Notes under the pieces: model-generated
Databases searched by the model: none
Told to the model about the DNA's origin: nothing
The model's input: only the letters and a program-made list of their open reading frames with translations
DNA from: Octopus vulgaris
Taxonomy: Eukaryota
Assembly (NCBI GenBank): GCA_951406725.2
Contig: OX597818.1
Span: forward strand, 16,802,001 to 16,866,000
Reading direction: 5' to 3'
Length of the DNA: 64,000 nucleotides
In this document: piece after piece, positions 1 through 13,879 of the stretch
How the letters are laid out: every line of letters starts with the position of its first letter
Numbering within the stretch: the first letter of the stretch is position 1
Position numbers and translations under genes: made by a program

Positions 1-643
1 TTATTTCTTTAGAACAACAGAGAACCTCAGGAACCAGAGACTGTTTTCCTTTTCTTTTTTGTAGTTAAAGCCCTTTTTTTTATCAATATGAAATTATCAA
101 TATGTAAGTCCATTTGTCTAAATCTTCCACCCACCTACTTGTCACCCTTCTCAGTCAGTCTCTGGTTAAGTCTTAATTATGATGGTACAACAGAATCATC
201 AGTCTATGAAATATTCATAATTTTCTTTCCTAATATATGTCTGGCACTCAGAATAAGCCAGACTGTCTGTGAGGTGTGTGATAGGGTGGTGCTGACAGTG
301 GGGACAGTAGTAGCTGCATAGCTGGTGGTGGGTCTATTAAAATCAGTTATATTCATGGTAACTGTAGAGGGAAGATTGAATGATGAACTGTAGAAAACAT
401 ATATCTTAATTAGCTACATGGGAGAGGTAGGTTAGTGAGAGAAGAATCAAAATAAGAAAATGTTTTTATAAAAAAAGAAAAAGATTGGACCAGAACAGAG
501 AGGTAAAAATGATTTCACCAGCTAACTGCTTGCCAAACACATTGTAATTAAGTTCTTGTTATGAAGGCAGTGAATTGCATGGAATAGTAGACCACCAGAC
601 TATACTTATGTACTTATGTTAAGAATTCTCCATCAAGGTGGTT

Positions 644-646
644 GCA

Positions 647-686
<40 letters not shown>

Positions 687-706
687 TCATCATCATCATC
701 ATCATT
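644..706. repeat. (CTA)n(CAT)n microsatellite
   Basis: Read directly from the sequence. Confidence 0.95.
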
Positions 707-3570
707 GCTATAGCAAGCTGGTTGAATCATTAGCATACTGGACAAAATGCTTAGCAGTCTTTCTTCATCTTTACATTCTGAATTCAAATACTGCTGAGGT
801 TGACTTTGTTTTTCAGCCTTCTGGGGTTGAGAAAATAAGTACCAGTTAAGCACAGAGGCCAATATGATCAACTTTCCATCACTTCAAAAATTGCTGGCTT
901 TGTGCTGAAATAAGAAAGGATTATTATTATTGGAAGGGAGTACCATTAATTGTCTATCTTCTAAATTTGTGTCCTACCAAGATTAACTTTGCCTTCATCA
1001 TTCTGGGATTGATAAAATGCAGTACCAGTAGTTGATTTAATCTACAAAATTTCTGCTCTTATGTTTATAGTAGAAAGGACAACTACTACAACAAAGGCAA
1101 GGAATTAGCAGAATTGATACTGCATCAGGCAAATATGCTTTCCATTATTTCATTGACTCTTTACTGTCTGAGTTCAAATCCTGCTGAGGTCAAATTTGAC
1201 TTTCATCTTGCAATATAATAAATATCAGTTGAGTACCGGTAGTGATATAATCAACTGTCCTTCCTCAAAATTTTGACCTTCTTCCTATGTTAGAAATCAT
1301 TATTATTGTTCTTTCGTTAAGAAAAACGAATGAATTCAGGAAACTAAATGTATCACTGTATTTCGTTTACAGCTTCTTGGGTTTGGTTTCCAATTTTCAT
1401 TTTTGTAGCTTCATTAATAAATGTACCAGTAATATACTGTGGCACACATGATTTTCAAGTTTATCATTTAGATTTTCACCCACAGAAATTGGCCTAATGC
1501 CCATATTTTTTTGTTCTTTGGTCCCCCCACCTCTCTTTTTCTAACCAGACTGTGTAGATAATGAGGTGTCTCACTTATTGATTGCAGTCTAATTTTCTTA
1601 TTTCACCATCTTGTTCTTGCATAGGATACGATGTTCTAAGATTTACTACTTTAACATGCAATCTCTGTTTTAAAGCTAGCAAAAGATTTGCCGACTGCAT
1701 CGACTTCTTGATTGGTTTATGTATTCAAATTGAAACAAACTGAAATCTAGTAGCATCTCCCACTACACTTCACTAGCTTCAGCTGTTCAATTCATCATCA
1801 TCATTATCAGCATTTTTTTTTTTAACAACCATGGTTTGGATGTGTCTGCCACATAGTATGTAGCTATGCATCTCAATATTTTGAACTCAAGCATGCTGAA
1901 AGTTAACACCACTCACTTCTCAGATCTTCTTTCCTGTTCTGCTGCTCTCAGTACATTTTTTTCGCCCAGCACTCATTGTCATTCATTTATATTATACCAA
2001 TTCAGTTCTTTCTCCTGCCACACATCAGCCAACATGTTTGATACTCAGTCATTCAGTTCAACTATGTTCCACATAACTGTCCCGTCCCACCCTTTCTTTT
2101 CAACTACTGTAGGTCTTCCACAGTCATTGTCACTTGGCCTGCTCAATATCCTGCTCCAGTCTTTGATAGATTTAACATGAGCGATATTGCTTAGCTTAAT
2201 TATTTTTTGTGATATATATATTCCCTTGAAATCATATCCCCTTTTCTTCAATAATCCCTTACAATTTTCACTAGGCTTTTTATCTCCAAGGTGCACACAA
2301 GTTACTTACTAAAACCCACTTTTTATAATTATGCAAATTATACAAGCCAATATTTCTGCTTGTAAAAAATTCTTTGTCCACTCGTCAATGCAGGCTTAAA
2401 ATTATTTTCCTGACGAGGCTTAATAAAACAAAAATACGTCCATAAATAACAAAGAACAAATTTTCTTTCCAAATCAAGAAAACTTGAAGTTTTTCTTTGA
2501 ATTTAATTCCTAATTTCTTGGAATTACCCCCTCTCTTTTTTCTTTTTAAGAGTTACTAATAATTTCCATTACATTTTTGTTTTCTTTCTTCAACTAAGAG
2601 GCAAACTTCAAATTGTAGAGACTTGTGTACGCTCATCATTCAGTGCCTCAGCATCTACCTAAATTACTGAAGTTTAACATGATGCATTTATCTCTCTAGT
2701 TACAGTTAAAAAAGATGTAATATTTTGAACTCCAGAGTACCTTGACTATGTGTATATATGTTAGATAGTTATTTATATTAATTTCAGATATATCAGTAAT
2801 GTCAGTATGTTAATTAAACATGTTTGTAGATTAGGTTTACTAATTTGTGTTTGATCAATTGGAGTGTCAATGTTTTGCAGGAAGCTGTATTCATTATATA
2901 ACACTTTGTTAACCCAGACTATATTATTAGTTGGACTACATAAAGATATAGATGTTCATGAAAAAAGTAACAAAAAAGATAATTAAAAACAACAAAATTT
3001 TGTTAAAGGTACAACAGGTGCAGAGCATGCAACATCTGCAAAATAAGTCTGTCGGCACCTCTCTCTCATTTCATAGCAAACCAGTAAAAGTACATGTAGA
3101 ATATTGTATAAAATATCAGTCTTGAAAACTGACTGACTAGCTAATTATTTTTAGCATGGCTGACATAATGAACTGTTGCTCTAACTACTCTTCTGCAGTT
3201 ATTTTAGCAGAACTGAGAAGTTAAGAAAGTAGGCGGGATGAATCCTAGTTGTTCTTTGCTCTCTTTTTTTCTTCTTCTGTACGTATGTCTTATTTTAAAC
3301 CCCTGTTATTTACCTAACTATTAACTTGGATGGGAAGTGTGAAGAAAGTGGAGTTTCACTAGTTGAATTTTCTCTGGTCATTTAGGTATTGTAATATAGC
3401 ATCTAAAGTTTTTTTTTTTAGTAAACAAATATATATATATGTGTGTGTGTGTGTATATATATATATATCAAAAGAAATGAGGTACTCAGAAGATCGGATG
3501 GTTTATATTTACAGATATTTATTTATATATTACATTTTTTATATATATATAAAAATCGAAATCGAATTGA

Positions 3571-3913
3571 ACCAGCCAGGATCCCTGGTCTGGTGGTACG
3601 TAAAAGGCACTATCCGACTCGTGGCCGATGCCAGCACCGCCTCGACTGGCTTCCGTGCCGGTGGCACATAAAATACACCAATCTGACCGTGGCCGTTGCC
3701 AGCCTCGCCTGGCACCTGTGCAGGTGGCACGTAAAAAGCACCCACTACACTCACGGAGTGGTTGGCGTTAGGAAGGGCATCCAGCTGTAGAAACATTGCC
3801 AGATTAGACTGGAGCCTGGTGCAGCCTTCTGGCTTCCCAGAACCCCGGTCAAACCGTCCAACCCATGCTAGCATGGAGAACGGACGTTAAACGACGATGA
3901 TGATGATGATGAT
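3571..3913 (+). mobile_element. SINE/retroposon family C with internal ~60-bp tandem units and a (GAT)n tail
   Basis: Three ggtggcacgtaaaa-gcac units. 3' end ccaacccatgctagcatgga..ggacgttaaa(cgat/gat)n is shared with 58126-58590, 58835-59012, 32607-32718 and many old copies. Confidence 0.8.
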
Positions 3914-3963
3914 ATCATATCACTTAGATCATTAGCGCTTTCTCCCATTCTAGTGGGGTTTTC

Positions 3964-3996
<33 letters not shown>

Positions 3997-5188
3997 TGTC
4001 ATAAATAACAGAAATAATTTGATGGAATTTTATTTAACAATAAGAAAATTCTAATATCATGACAAATTGTTTCGTAACTTAAAAACATGTAACTGATTTA
4101 TAGTATTATATTTAATAATAAATAAATTATTTACATGTCTGCATTAATGCAAAATGCAAAAAAATCCTTCATAATAAGCTACATCATTGATACCTATCTT
4201 GGAGTAAATAGGATGAATTTTGTACCACTTCAACTTGTGTTACTTAGGTGATATTCATATTCTCATATTTTACGAGTTGCTAGGCAACTCTTCAGATGTT
4301 GTTACTCAGAAGCAAGGCTTTGAAATTGGTGTCAAGTATTTTTGTCAAAGGATGAACAAACAACTATGTCAAAAGAGTACAACTACAGTACCACACAAGC
4401 AGCCAAAGAATTGCATCCTCTTAATGACTCTGTATCACTGCCCTTGTCTAGTGGTTCTCCAAATGACCAGTACTAGCAACCTGCATGGAGCAGACAGAAT
4501 TCGTTGAGGTAGATGTTCTATGGCTGGATGTCATTCCCATTGCCATCTCTCATCTGTTTCCAAGCAAGATATTTTCCCTTAGCTTGTTTTTCTTAAAAGT
4601 CTGCATACTAACAACCTCACATGTATGACATCATGTAATGTCTAGACAAGAGTACCCACAAGCACATACACATCTTAATTTTATTACATATGGCAATTTG
4701 TCCACTCTCTTTTCAACCTGCATAAGCTCTGCCAATGAGGTCAACCACGACTCCATGAGAAATAGTGGCTTAGTCTACCTAACTTGTAAGTAAATACTGT
4801 AAGGCTGCATGCCATTCACAAATGTTGATATTTTTATCCCAGGTCATCCCTAATTGGTTCAAAGGCAGCCATGATAGACTATTGTTTTGCGCATCATTAT
4901 TCAATGCCTTTTCATTTATTTAAGAGGATAGGTGATTTGAAGCTAATTTGCCTGCTGCTTCTAGCAGGATCAATTGACTGCATAAAGGCTTCCACTTTCG
5001 TAATGGCAGGAAGTTGAAATTGACATGTTATTGGATTGTAATGAGTTGTTATCCATCTGGTAGGGAAAAAAATCTACCTTAAACTACACCAAAGTTCTGT
5101 CCAAAAAAACATTGATCTCATCTTTTTAATAGTGGGGAAAGTGGAGTTCTATGCACAATTCAATCAAATCAGAAAAAGTTATATATAT

Positions 5189-5421
5189 GGCGAGCTGGCA
5201 GAAACGTTAGCACGCCGGGCGAAATACTTAGCGGTATTTCGTCTGCCGCTACGTTCTGAGTTCAAATTCCACCGAGGTCAACTTTGCCTTTTATCCTTTC
5301 AGGGTCGATTAAATAAGTACCAGTTATGCACTGGGATTGATATAATCGACTTAATCTGTTTGTCTGTCCTTGTTTTTCCTCTCTGTGATTAGCCCCTTGT
5401 GGGTAGTAAAGAAATAGGTAT
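5189..5421 (+). mobile_element. SINE family B (ggcgagctggcagaa...gagttcaaattcc...aataagtaccag)
   Basis: Box A/B-like head. Diverged relatives at ~708, 1096, 20914, 23197, 25880, 26031, 33533, 39350, 44495, 48555 (+) and ~45594-46010, 47830 (-). Confidence 0.85.
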
Positions 5422-5930
5422 TCTAGTACTATTTCTACCCCACCTTGTTTCACATTTATGTGCTTACTTTGGTATATATAATATTAAGATTGTCCTACCG
5501 TAACACATCCAAAGAATGCCTCCCAAAAATTCATTTCTCCAATCATACCTTCAAATCATGATATCTAAGTAAGTGAATGGACTGTAGGTATTATTACATA
5601 TTTCCATATATTATGGCATGTATTATACAACACTGACTAAATTGCATAATCTTGAATGAGATATGGAATGGAAATATCATCTGTTTACACAAACAATTGT
5701 CAATTTGACTTCTCCAGGTTTTATTTTAAGCCTACTGGACTTATCTTGGAATTGCGTAGAGCCCCCATGTATACCAGTCAAAGTCTTATGGATCTCCTTT
5801 TGATTTTGGGATACTACTCTGGCGAGGATCCTGTATAACGTGCTGAGGTGACAGCCAGATTTACGCTTATTCCTTCTGTCTGTCTGTCTGTTTATATATT
5901 AATCGAAGTGTACCATATTATATATTCATT

Positions 5931-6026
5931 ATGGTCAATCTTCCCAATCCGTTTTGCACTAGGGGTTCAACAAAGTGTTAGGTAACAATCTGATTATGTA
6001 ACCTTGCGCTCATCAGAGATAACCAT
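5931..6026 (-). ncRNA. Decayed hammerhead motif in a Penelope-like fragment
   Basis: Minus strand reads atggttatct CTGATGA gcgc...gtgc aAAA cgg...agattgaccat. Stems I and II are recognisable. G12 is lost (consistent with CpG decay) and the NUH site is lost. Confidence 0.4.
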
Positions 6027-7901
6027 TATGGAATTTATATGTATATATGAACATTTATATATGGTGCATGTGTGTGTGTGTGTATATATATGATATAGTC
6101 TGACATGGAACAATAAAAAGTGAAATAGACATTCTATGGTAAAAATTGCCTGGGAATGATGGGATAGTGTGTGTGTGTGTGTGTGTGTTTATATCATGGT
6201 ATCAGCCAGACTATCAGACATTGTTAGAAATTATTGATCACAATGTGCTTCACATTATCTTGGCTTTCAGATAATGTTACCCCATTGGCTAGGTGAGGAG
6301 CCCAACATTCCCTCTGATCGGAAGGCTATTCTGTTGCAGGGTTACCCATTTATAGTTGAGTGGACTGGAGTAACGTGAAGTGCAGTGTTTTGCTCAAGAA
6401 CACAACATGTCACCTAGTCCAGGAATCAAACTAACAGTCTAGTGATTGTGAGTGCAACACTCTAAGCACCAGGCTGCATGCCTTCTCACAAGCACACACA
6501 CATACATAGGCAGAAGCACAGCTTTATGGTTAAGAAGTTTGTTTTGTAACCATGTGGTTTTAAGTTTAGCCTCATGGAACAGCACCTTGGACGAGCGTTT
6601 TCTGCTATTCCGTAAGTGAATTTGACAGGTGGAAACTGAAGGTATCTAGTCTTCTCTCTTTTTGTATGTGTGTCTCTTTCTCTCTCTGTGAATGTTAATA
6701 TCCCACAGATTCACTTGAGTGAAATGGTGAATGTTGTTCACACACCTTGTCAAGTATTATTACCTGTTTCTGTGTTTTTGAAGACTTATGAGGGTAAAAA
6801 AGAAAATCTTCACTTGAGAAACAGGTAAGGTTTGGCAACAGGCAAATCATCCTTTTGTAAAATCATATCTCCAATGTCCTTGCCCAAGCCATACAAGTAA
6901 GTGGTATTAGATGAAAGTGAAAAAACGAAAAAACAAAAAAAAAATCAACAAATGCTTAGTTTTCACTCACAATACTAGCATGGAAGATAATCATTCAAAG
7001 TGCCATGGAGTGGGAACAAAACCAGTGTCTCATGACCATGAATCAAACTTAACCATCAAGCCATTCCTGTATATGGAGATATGCACACACATCATCATTA
7101 TTTAACAGCCATGTTCTATACTGGCATGGGTTGGACAGTTTAGCAGGAATTGATGTGTCCAAGGACTGCATCAAGCTTCAATAGCTGTTTTAGCATGGTT
7201 TTTATGGCTGGATGCCCTTCCTAAGGCCAACTAATTTACAGTATGGACTGGGTGCTTTTTTCATGCCATCTGCTGTATTGAGGTTGCCCACTATACAATT
7301 TCTGTTTACAAATTTCACTCACATGACTTGGTCAGCTCCAGATAATTAGTAAATGACATTTACCTAAAGTGTCACACAATGAGTTGGAACTGAAAACCAT
7401 GTAGTTATAGTTTGAACATCATAGCCAGACAGCCATACCTGGATCAGTTTATAACCACTTAGCCATGCCTGCATCTGTTCAAAATCAGTTTTTATAGAAA
7501 TATGAGGAACATTTGAAAAATCATTTCTCTTGGTGTATTGAAGCCATTTTTAGTATTAACAATTTAAAGTATAGAGTATGTGTTGTACACTAGAGGCAAG
7601 ATTTTGTCTTATTGCATGAATGTTTGGACAGAATGAGAATCTATTCAACAAGGGTTGTAAATTGTATTTGATTGCTTTCAGTGTTGTTGTTGCTGCTGTT
7701 TTTCTCCTTTTACTTTTTAAAACTTCCCTATAATTTCCTGCTTTGTTCATTAAGAATTCTTTGAACATTGGTGAGGGTGAGGAAGAATCAAGTCAATTTG
7801 TCTGGGAATCTTTGTAAATTTTCATCTACAACTAAAGCTTTTTGAATTTCTTGGTTGGTTTTATATGTTTTTCTTGTGTGTGTGTTCATTTACTCTTGTA
7901 G

Positions 7902-7998
7902 ATGGATAGTGAAAGCAGAAAAAAGAATTTCAAACTGGAAGCTATTTCATGTATATGCATGTATGTGCCTGTATGTATGTATTATGAGTGTGTACATG
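7902..7998 (+). CDS. Candidate upstream (start/leader) exon MDSESRKKNFKLEAISCICMYVPVCMYYECVH
   Basis: Acceptor tactcttgtAG immediately before ATG and donor G|GTATGT. 97 nt, ending in phase 1, so compatible with the Ig exon. The hydrophobic part overlaps TATG-like low-complexity sequence. Confidence 0.22.
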
Positions 7999-10750
7999 GT
8001 ATGTAACTGTTTTTAAAATTTCAGAGTTAACTGCAATTTGTTTAAGGAAATTGTTAAAGCTGGCTATTTAATGTTATTTCAACGTATCATTAGTGTTTAA
8101 GTATTGCATCGGCGCCAGAAAATTGTGTTTTACTGCCAAATAATCCTTTGGCCTTCCAAGGAAAATGAATATTAAAAAAATCCCACTTCTCAAATATATT
8201 CAGTGTTTATTAATCTTTACATTGTTGGCCAATTAATGTAACTGCAAACTCAATAAAAAATAAATACACCTCTGCAGGAAAAAATAAACCAAAATTAATT
8301 TCATTTTTTTAATAATTATTTTACATAGTCTTTATATTGCTGTTGCATTTATAAATATGTGTTTTATTCCCTGGAAGTTGACATTAATATTTGTATAGAG
8401 AGTGGCTATAAAGAATTCTAAAGTAAATACTCTTACAAATTTTATTGACAAAAATATTGTTATATTTTATTATTGTTGTTGTTATTATCAATTATAACAA
8501 TAATAATAATAATAAAAGTGATGTTTTCTTTTCGGTTTAGAAGTTGAAGCCTGTTTTTAGTTGAATGGTATACATTAAAATGAACACATTTTCGGTCTTG
8601 TACTACAGTAATGTGAGGAGGAAGTGCTCATTTTACAAATAGATACCCAAGGTAATTAGAATAATGTGCATTGCATAGAGTCTAATAGCAAAGCATTTGC
8701 CAGTAGCTAGGCTTTATTTCACTATAGAGTTGGCTGGTCTGGTGCCTCAGCCCATTAACGTTTTTACTTGTCATCACTCTTGATATGTCCACCCAACCCT
8801 AGCAACCAGAATAAGCACTACTACATCAAATCCTTCCTCCTCAGGACGTCCCCCCCCCCAGAACCTCCTCTCCGCTCATGCAGTTTTTTTGCGAGTATTG
8901 ATTTGTAAACATTTTAAACAGAACATTAATGTTATCAATCTGACCACTCTTTAGAGGACTTGGGCAATGGGCACAGCCCCTTCAGGTTCTGCAAGCAAAA
9001 GAGAAAAGAAAAAAAAAAAAGCATCAAACTAGGTGCAAGTGTACTATGGAATTATTCAGCAGTGAAAAGTATAGAAGTATTATTCAGTAAAGGAAAGAAA
9101 AAATTGATATCAAATTGTTGAAAATATTGTAACTTTATATTTTGAAAGGTTTCACTTTTGGATAATCTTTTGAAGTTGTAGCTGTTTGTTTGTTTGTTTG
9201 TTTGTTTGTTCCAAAAAGAAAAGAACTACCTCTCCAATGGACTGCTTTTTTGACTCATTATTTATATGTTTGAGAAAGAGACCTTTCTGTCTGAAAATAT
9301 TCCATTATAAAAAGAGAGGATTCTTTAAAGTATTGGCAGAATTCCATCTATCTAACTCCCTTTCATCTCATAGTTGTGATGCTCATTTGCTGTCATTAAA
9401 GAACACCAAAATGTTTTAGCAAATGTTAAGGTACAGCTATTACATGGAAAGCAGAACAACAACAAACAATAAAAACAACCTTCTTTGAATTCCTAGTTAG
9501 TTGCACTATCTGCTCACTAGACTGTGACGTCATTCATCACTAGCAAGTTCTTAAGATTTTTCTTTTCCTTTATTCCTTGAAGCTTACCTTATCTGGAAGA
9601 ATGGTTTAACCCTGTCGTTACACTGCCTTTGTTTCTGTTAATTTTGATAATAATAAAAAGTTTAATAAAAATAATTCTGTTAAAATAGTTCTTGGCACAT
9701 GAACTGACGAGAAATTTTATTGGAAAGTCTTCTAGATCACTCTAAAACAAGAAGTTTATATCATAGAACCTGGGGCAATCCAGTGATCTCAGGTGGATTG
9801 GTATCAAAAGGGAATAACCCCCCCCCACACACACACACACACATACACACAAAGAAAAAAACTTATTTACTTGCTGAAGTTATCTCCTTATTTTAGTTGT
9901 GAAGAAAAAAATGTATTGAGCCTTCAGTTTATCAAGCATAAGTTCACATTCCACAGCAAATGTAGTGCTTCGGTGTGCATAGTTTGGATTCTGCACACCA
10001 GAATCAGTGTGACCAAGTAATTATAGTATTGAACTTTTCTGTTTATCAAGGAATTAGGAGTTCAAATCCCCTGTTGGCTTTTTATTTATTTATTTATTTG
10101 GACAAAAAAAGTCATACTTAATATCTTTCATTTTTAAAGGTTGATGTTGCTCTTCTTGAAAGTGGTCTTCAGATGGTCTTTGACCTGCTTTTTTTCCCCC
10201 CTGTTAACTAGGATCCTGTAGGAGATGTGCAAGTCAATCATGTTCACAACATGTCTGGGGCATCTCAGTTGATAACTGCATAGTGTGGGTTCAAAACAGG
10301 TTCCTTTATATGTAATCCTACCCAACCAGTTGACTGAAAGGGTCTTCCAGATACAATATTAAAGGCCTTTTGGTTATTATTTAGTGTATTACCTTTATAT
10401 TTTTTGATCAATGTCTTATTCCTATGCTAGAGACTGGAAATATTGACAGGTTTGTAGACTAGGATTTTGGTATGTAAGTTAAAGTGATTATTTAGAAAAA
10501 CTCATTTTCTTGAACTTCCAAAAGGCTACAGAGACTTATCTGGTATGGTTTAGAATCTCCTTGTCCTCTGTGAATTTGATGGAAATTATGCTGCTGAGGT
10601 ACTTGAATTAGGAGGTTGTGGCTAGGTATTTTACACACACGCGTGCACGCATGTTAATGATGGGTTGCAATATTAGTAGAGTGTTGGACAAAATACCCTG
10701 GAGTATTTTGTTATATCTCTTTATGTTGTGAGTTCAAATCCTGCCAGTTC

Positions 10751-11992
10751 TATTGGGTCATCTCATAAATAATGCAGTTTTTTTCAATTACATGACCTAA
10801 AAGTCAGAGGGGGAACAGGATCAACTACCTGCATCAACTTGCTATAAAAGAAGGTAGTAATTTTACCTTGTCCATATTCTTAGTGCAAGTTTTGAAGAGT
10901 GCAGTTCAGTTTTAACAGTTATTCTTTCAAAGCTATAATGGAATATTTGGCATATTTTGCTTTATGAGTTCAGTAAAGGCAACAACGCAATGGAAAGTGT
11001 GAGGAATATTAATGTAGTAGCTGGGGATCGGACAATAAGCATAAGCTAGTGTCAACAGTGATTTCAGAAATTCTGAGCCAGAAACTACAGCCTAGAAGAC
11101 AAGCCTCATCTTGGAAGATTTGTAGAGCTCAATGAGGATGTCCTGCAAACCCTGGTGGAACAAAATCCCATTGTAACTGTTGAGGAACTAGTAGAGAAGC
11201 TTGGATTTGGTCATTCAACTATTCATTGACACCTGCATGCCTTTGGAAAAGTTATCAAGTTGGGTCAATGGGTTCCTCACAAACTTTCCAAGTCTAATTG
11301 TGTGCAGAGTGTGAATGTGTGCTCTTCTTTGCTGTCATGTCTCATGAATGAACATTTTTTGGACTGAATAGTGACTGGTGATGAGAAATGGGTTCTCTAT
11401 AAAAATGTCAAATGCCGAAGTCAGTGGTTTGGGAAAGGAGAAAGACCAGCACCTCAGGCTAAAAGAGGTCTTCACCCATGTAAGGTGTTGTAATCTGTTT
11501 GGTGGGATGTGAAAGGTTTAGTCTACTTTGAACTTTTAAACCCAAACCAAACATTAACAAAGGAGATCTACTGCAAACAGCTTGAGCAGCTTAAGTCAGT
11601 GCTAGAAGAAAAGCGGCCATCTTTGCTTTCAAGGCAAAAGGTGTTCTTCCATCAGGATTATGCTTAGTCACATACAGCAAGGATGACATTCCAAAGGCTG
11701 GAGGACTTTGAATGGGAAATGATATTTGTCAGATATTACCCCATTTATTTGGCAATCTTCAAAATCATTTGGAAGGACAAAATATGTATTTTGTAGACGA
11801 GGTCAGAACAGTACTGGAAGAGTATTTTTTGTCATGGATAAGTGAATTTTGGAAAGTGCCCTTGCAAGTCTATCAGGTAGATGTAAGAGCATTGTAGAAA
11901 ATGGAGAGTATATTTTAGTTTAAAAACAGAGCTTCATTCTGAATAATAAAAGAAGTATAAAAAAACCACGTTATTTATGGGATGACACAATA
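10751..11992 (+). mobile_element. Mariner (Tc1/mariner) DNA transposon, near full length, transposase pseudogenised
   Basis: TA flanks on both sides. About 30-bp TIRs ttgggtcatctcataaataatgcagttttttt / aaaaaaaccacgttatttatgggatgacacaa. Motifs WVPHKL (~11269), VTGDEKW (~11371) and FHQDYA, with stops and frameshifts. Confidence 0.93.
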
Positions 11993-12469
11993 CTTTGCTC
12001 TTAGTTCATTGACTGTTGTTGGAATTATATATCAGAAGAGATTCTCTCTCCTTTAATGGTAAATCACCAGAAGCAAACTTTGTGTGTGTATGTGTGGGAG
12101 CGGGAGGGGATTGAGTGGACTCTATTCATGTTTTGTTGAGTACATGGCAACCTCACTAGTGCTGGTGCTTTAATAAGATGAATGTATCTAGTCAGCCATA
12201 GAAACCATGCCAAAATAAAATACACAAGCAAGTTGTTTACTGCCCTTCTGAGCATCTTGTGACCATGTGTAGGAGGGCCAGTGAGAACTAACACAGAGTG
12301 TGACGACCCATCTAACAGCTCATGCCAGCACAGGAAATAGGCATAAAATGATGATGAGATGATGATAGTGATTAGTGTATGAAAATTCCTTCTTCAAAGT
12401 AACGAAATGAAACAAAAAAATAAAAAAAAATGATATGAGAATAAGCAGAAGAAAAGTATAACCTCTCTC

Positions 12470-12505
<36 letters not shown>

Positions 12506-13630
12506 GCAAATAACTGATAAAAGTCAGGATACATTGTTTTTATAAAATACACATGTGTGCACATACACAATATAATACAATATGTCAGAAACATACATCA
12601 ATAGATATTGATCGCAATATCTATTGGAAATATTTCCTTCTTGCTATTGTGTGATAGTTTCTGACTCAACATTCATTGAAAACAAAACAACCACATAATC
12701 CCATCCTCCACACATACACTTCAAAATATATCCCTCTGCCTCTTTACCCTTAGGAGTGAAACTTCATCTCGTGGCAGAGGGCATTCTCCTTCATCTCTCC
12801 TCCATTCCCAATCTTTTCCTCTTTCTTTTTGTATCTGATATTCCTCTCTTCTAGTGCATTCTACTAGATTGAACTCACTGATCCACTCTCTAACCAACCA
12901 TCCATCCAACCATGTGTACAATCAGTTGATTTGATACCATACAGTTTTTATGCTTCATTGCACAGCATTTCTAACACCAGTCAAGTACAAAGACAACAAA
13001 AAAATTTCCATGACTAATAGAAAGTTGAGGAGGAAGCAATGCTTCAGAATGGGGGGAATGTAGTGTGTGAGAGAGAGAGAGGAAAGCACATTCCTCTCTG
13101 CTTCGTGATGTATTGTTAAATTCACTTTAATAGACATAAGCATTGTTGCCTCACCAAGAACTTGGTCTCTCAATTTACCTCTTTTGTTGATGTTCTTAGC
13201 AATAACACCTGTTAAATAATCATGTCTAGTCTCTTGTTTAATTGGAGCTAAGAAACTTCTTTTATTTAATTATTTATTTGTTTATTTATTTTATTTTATT
13301 TTATTTTGAATTTGGAAATGTTGCAAATGAGAAATGTCTACTGAATCAGTTTTACTATTTTAAAGGTTTCTTCATTCACTGTTATCACTCCTGTTTTTGT
13401 GATGATTCTCTAGTATCTAGATCACCACCACCACCATCATTGCAATAGGAATTTGACTAAACATCAGAGTTCTGTGTTCCATTCCTGCCAATGTCTGTTT
13501 TCACCTTCAATTTTTTTCTGTGTGGTAGGGGCAGTGCTTATTAAAAAGTACTCCCAGCAGTATACTGGATTTAAATAATTTGACAATACCACTCCCATGA
13601 AAGTAATCAACTTTGTGTCTGCTTCTTTCC

Positions 13631-13850
13631 TTAACCCTTTCATTAAAATATTTCTGTTGAAATACTGCCTTTGTTTCTATTAATTAAAAAAATAATGAAG
13701 AATTTCATAAAAATAACTATCGTTAAGTTAAGTGTTTGGAACATAACATGAAATTTTAATGGAAGCTTTTAATTTAGATCACTTTTAAATGGGAATTTAG
13801 TATCAAAGGACCAGGGGCAGTCTGAAGTGAGTTGGTACCCAAAGGGTTTT
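13631..13850 (+). mobile_element. Second TTAA MITE family copy
   Basis: TTAACCCTTT...AAAGGGTT termini. Homologues at ~9606-9815 and ~16510-17135. Confidence 0.7.
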
Positions 13851-13879
13851 AAAAAAGAAAGTACTGATCCCAGATCTAC

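Noticed and set aside
3571-3745. Regularly spaced repeats resembling a CRISPR array
   Set aside because: The intervening sequences are homologous to each other, the array is part of a eukaryotic retroposon, and no cas genes are present.
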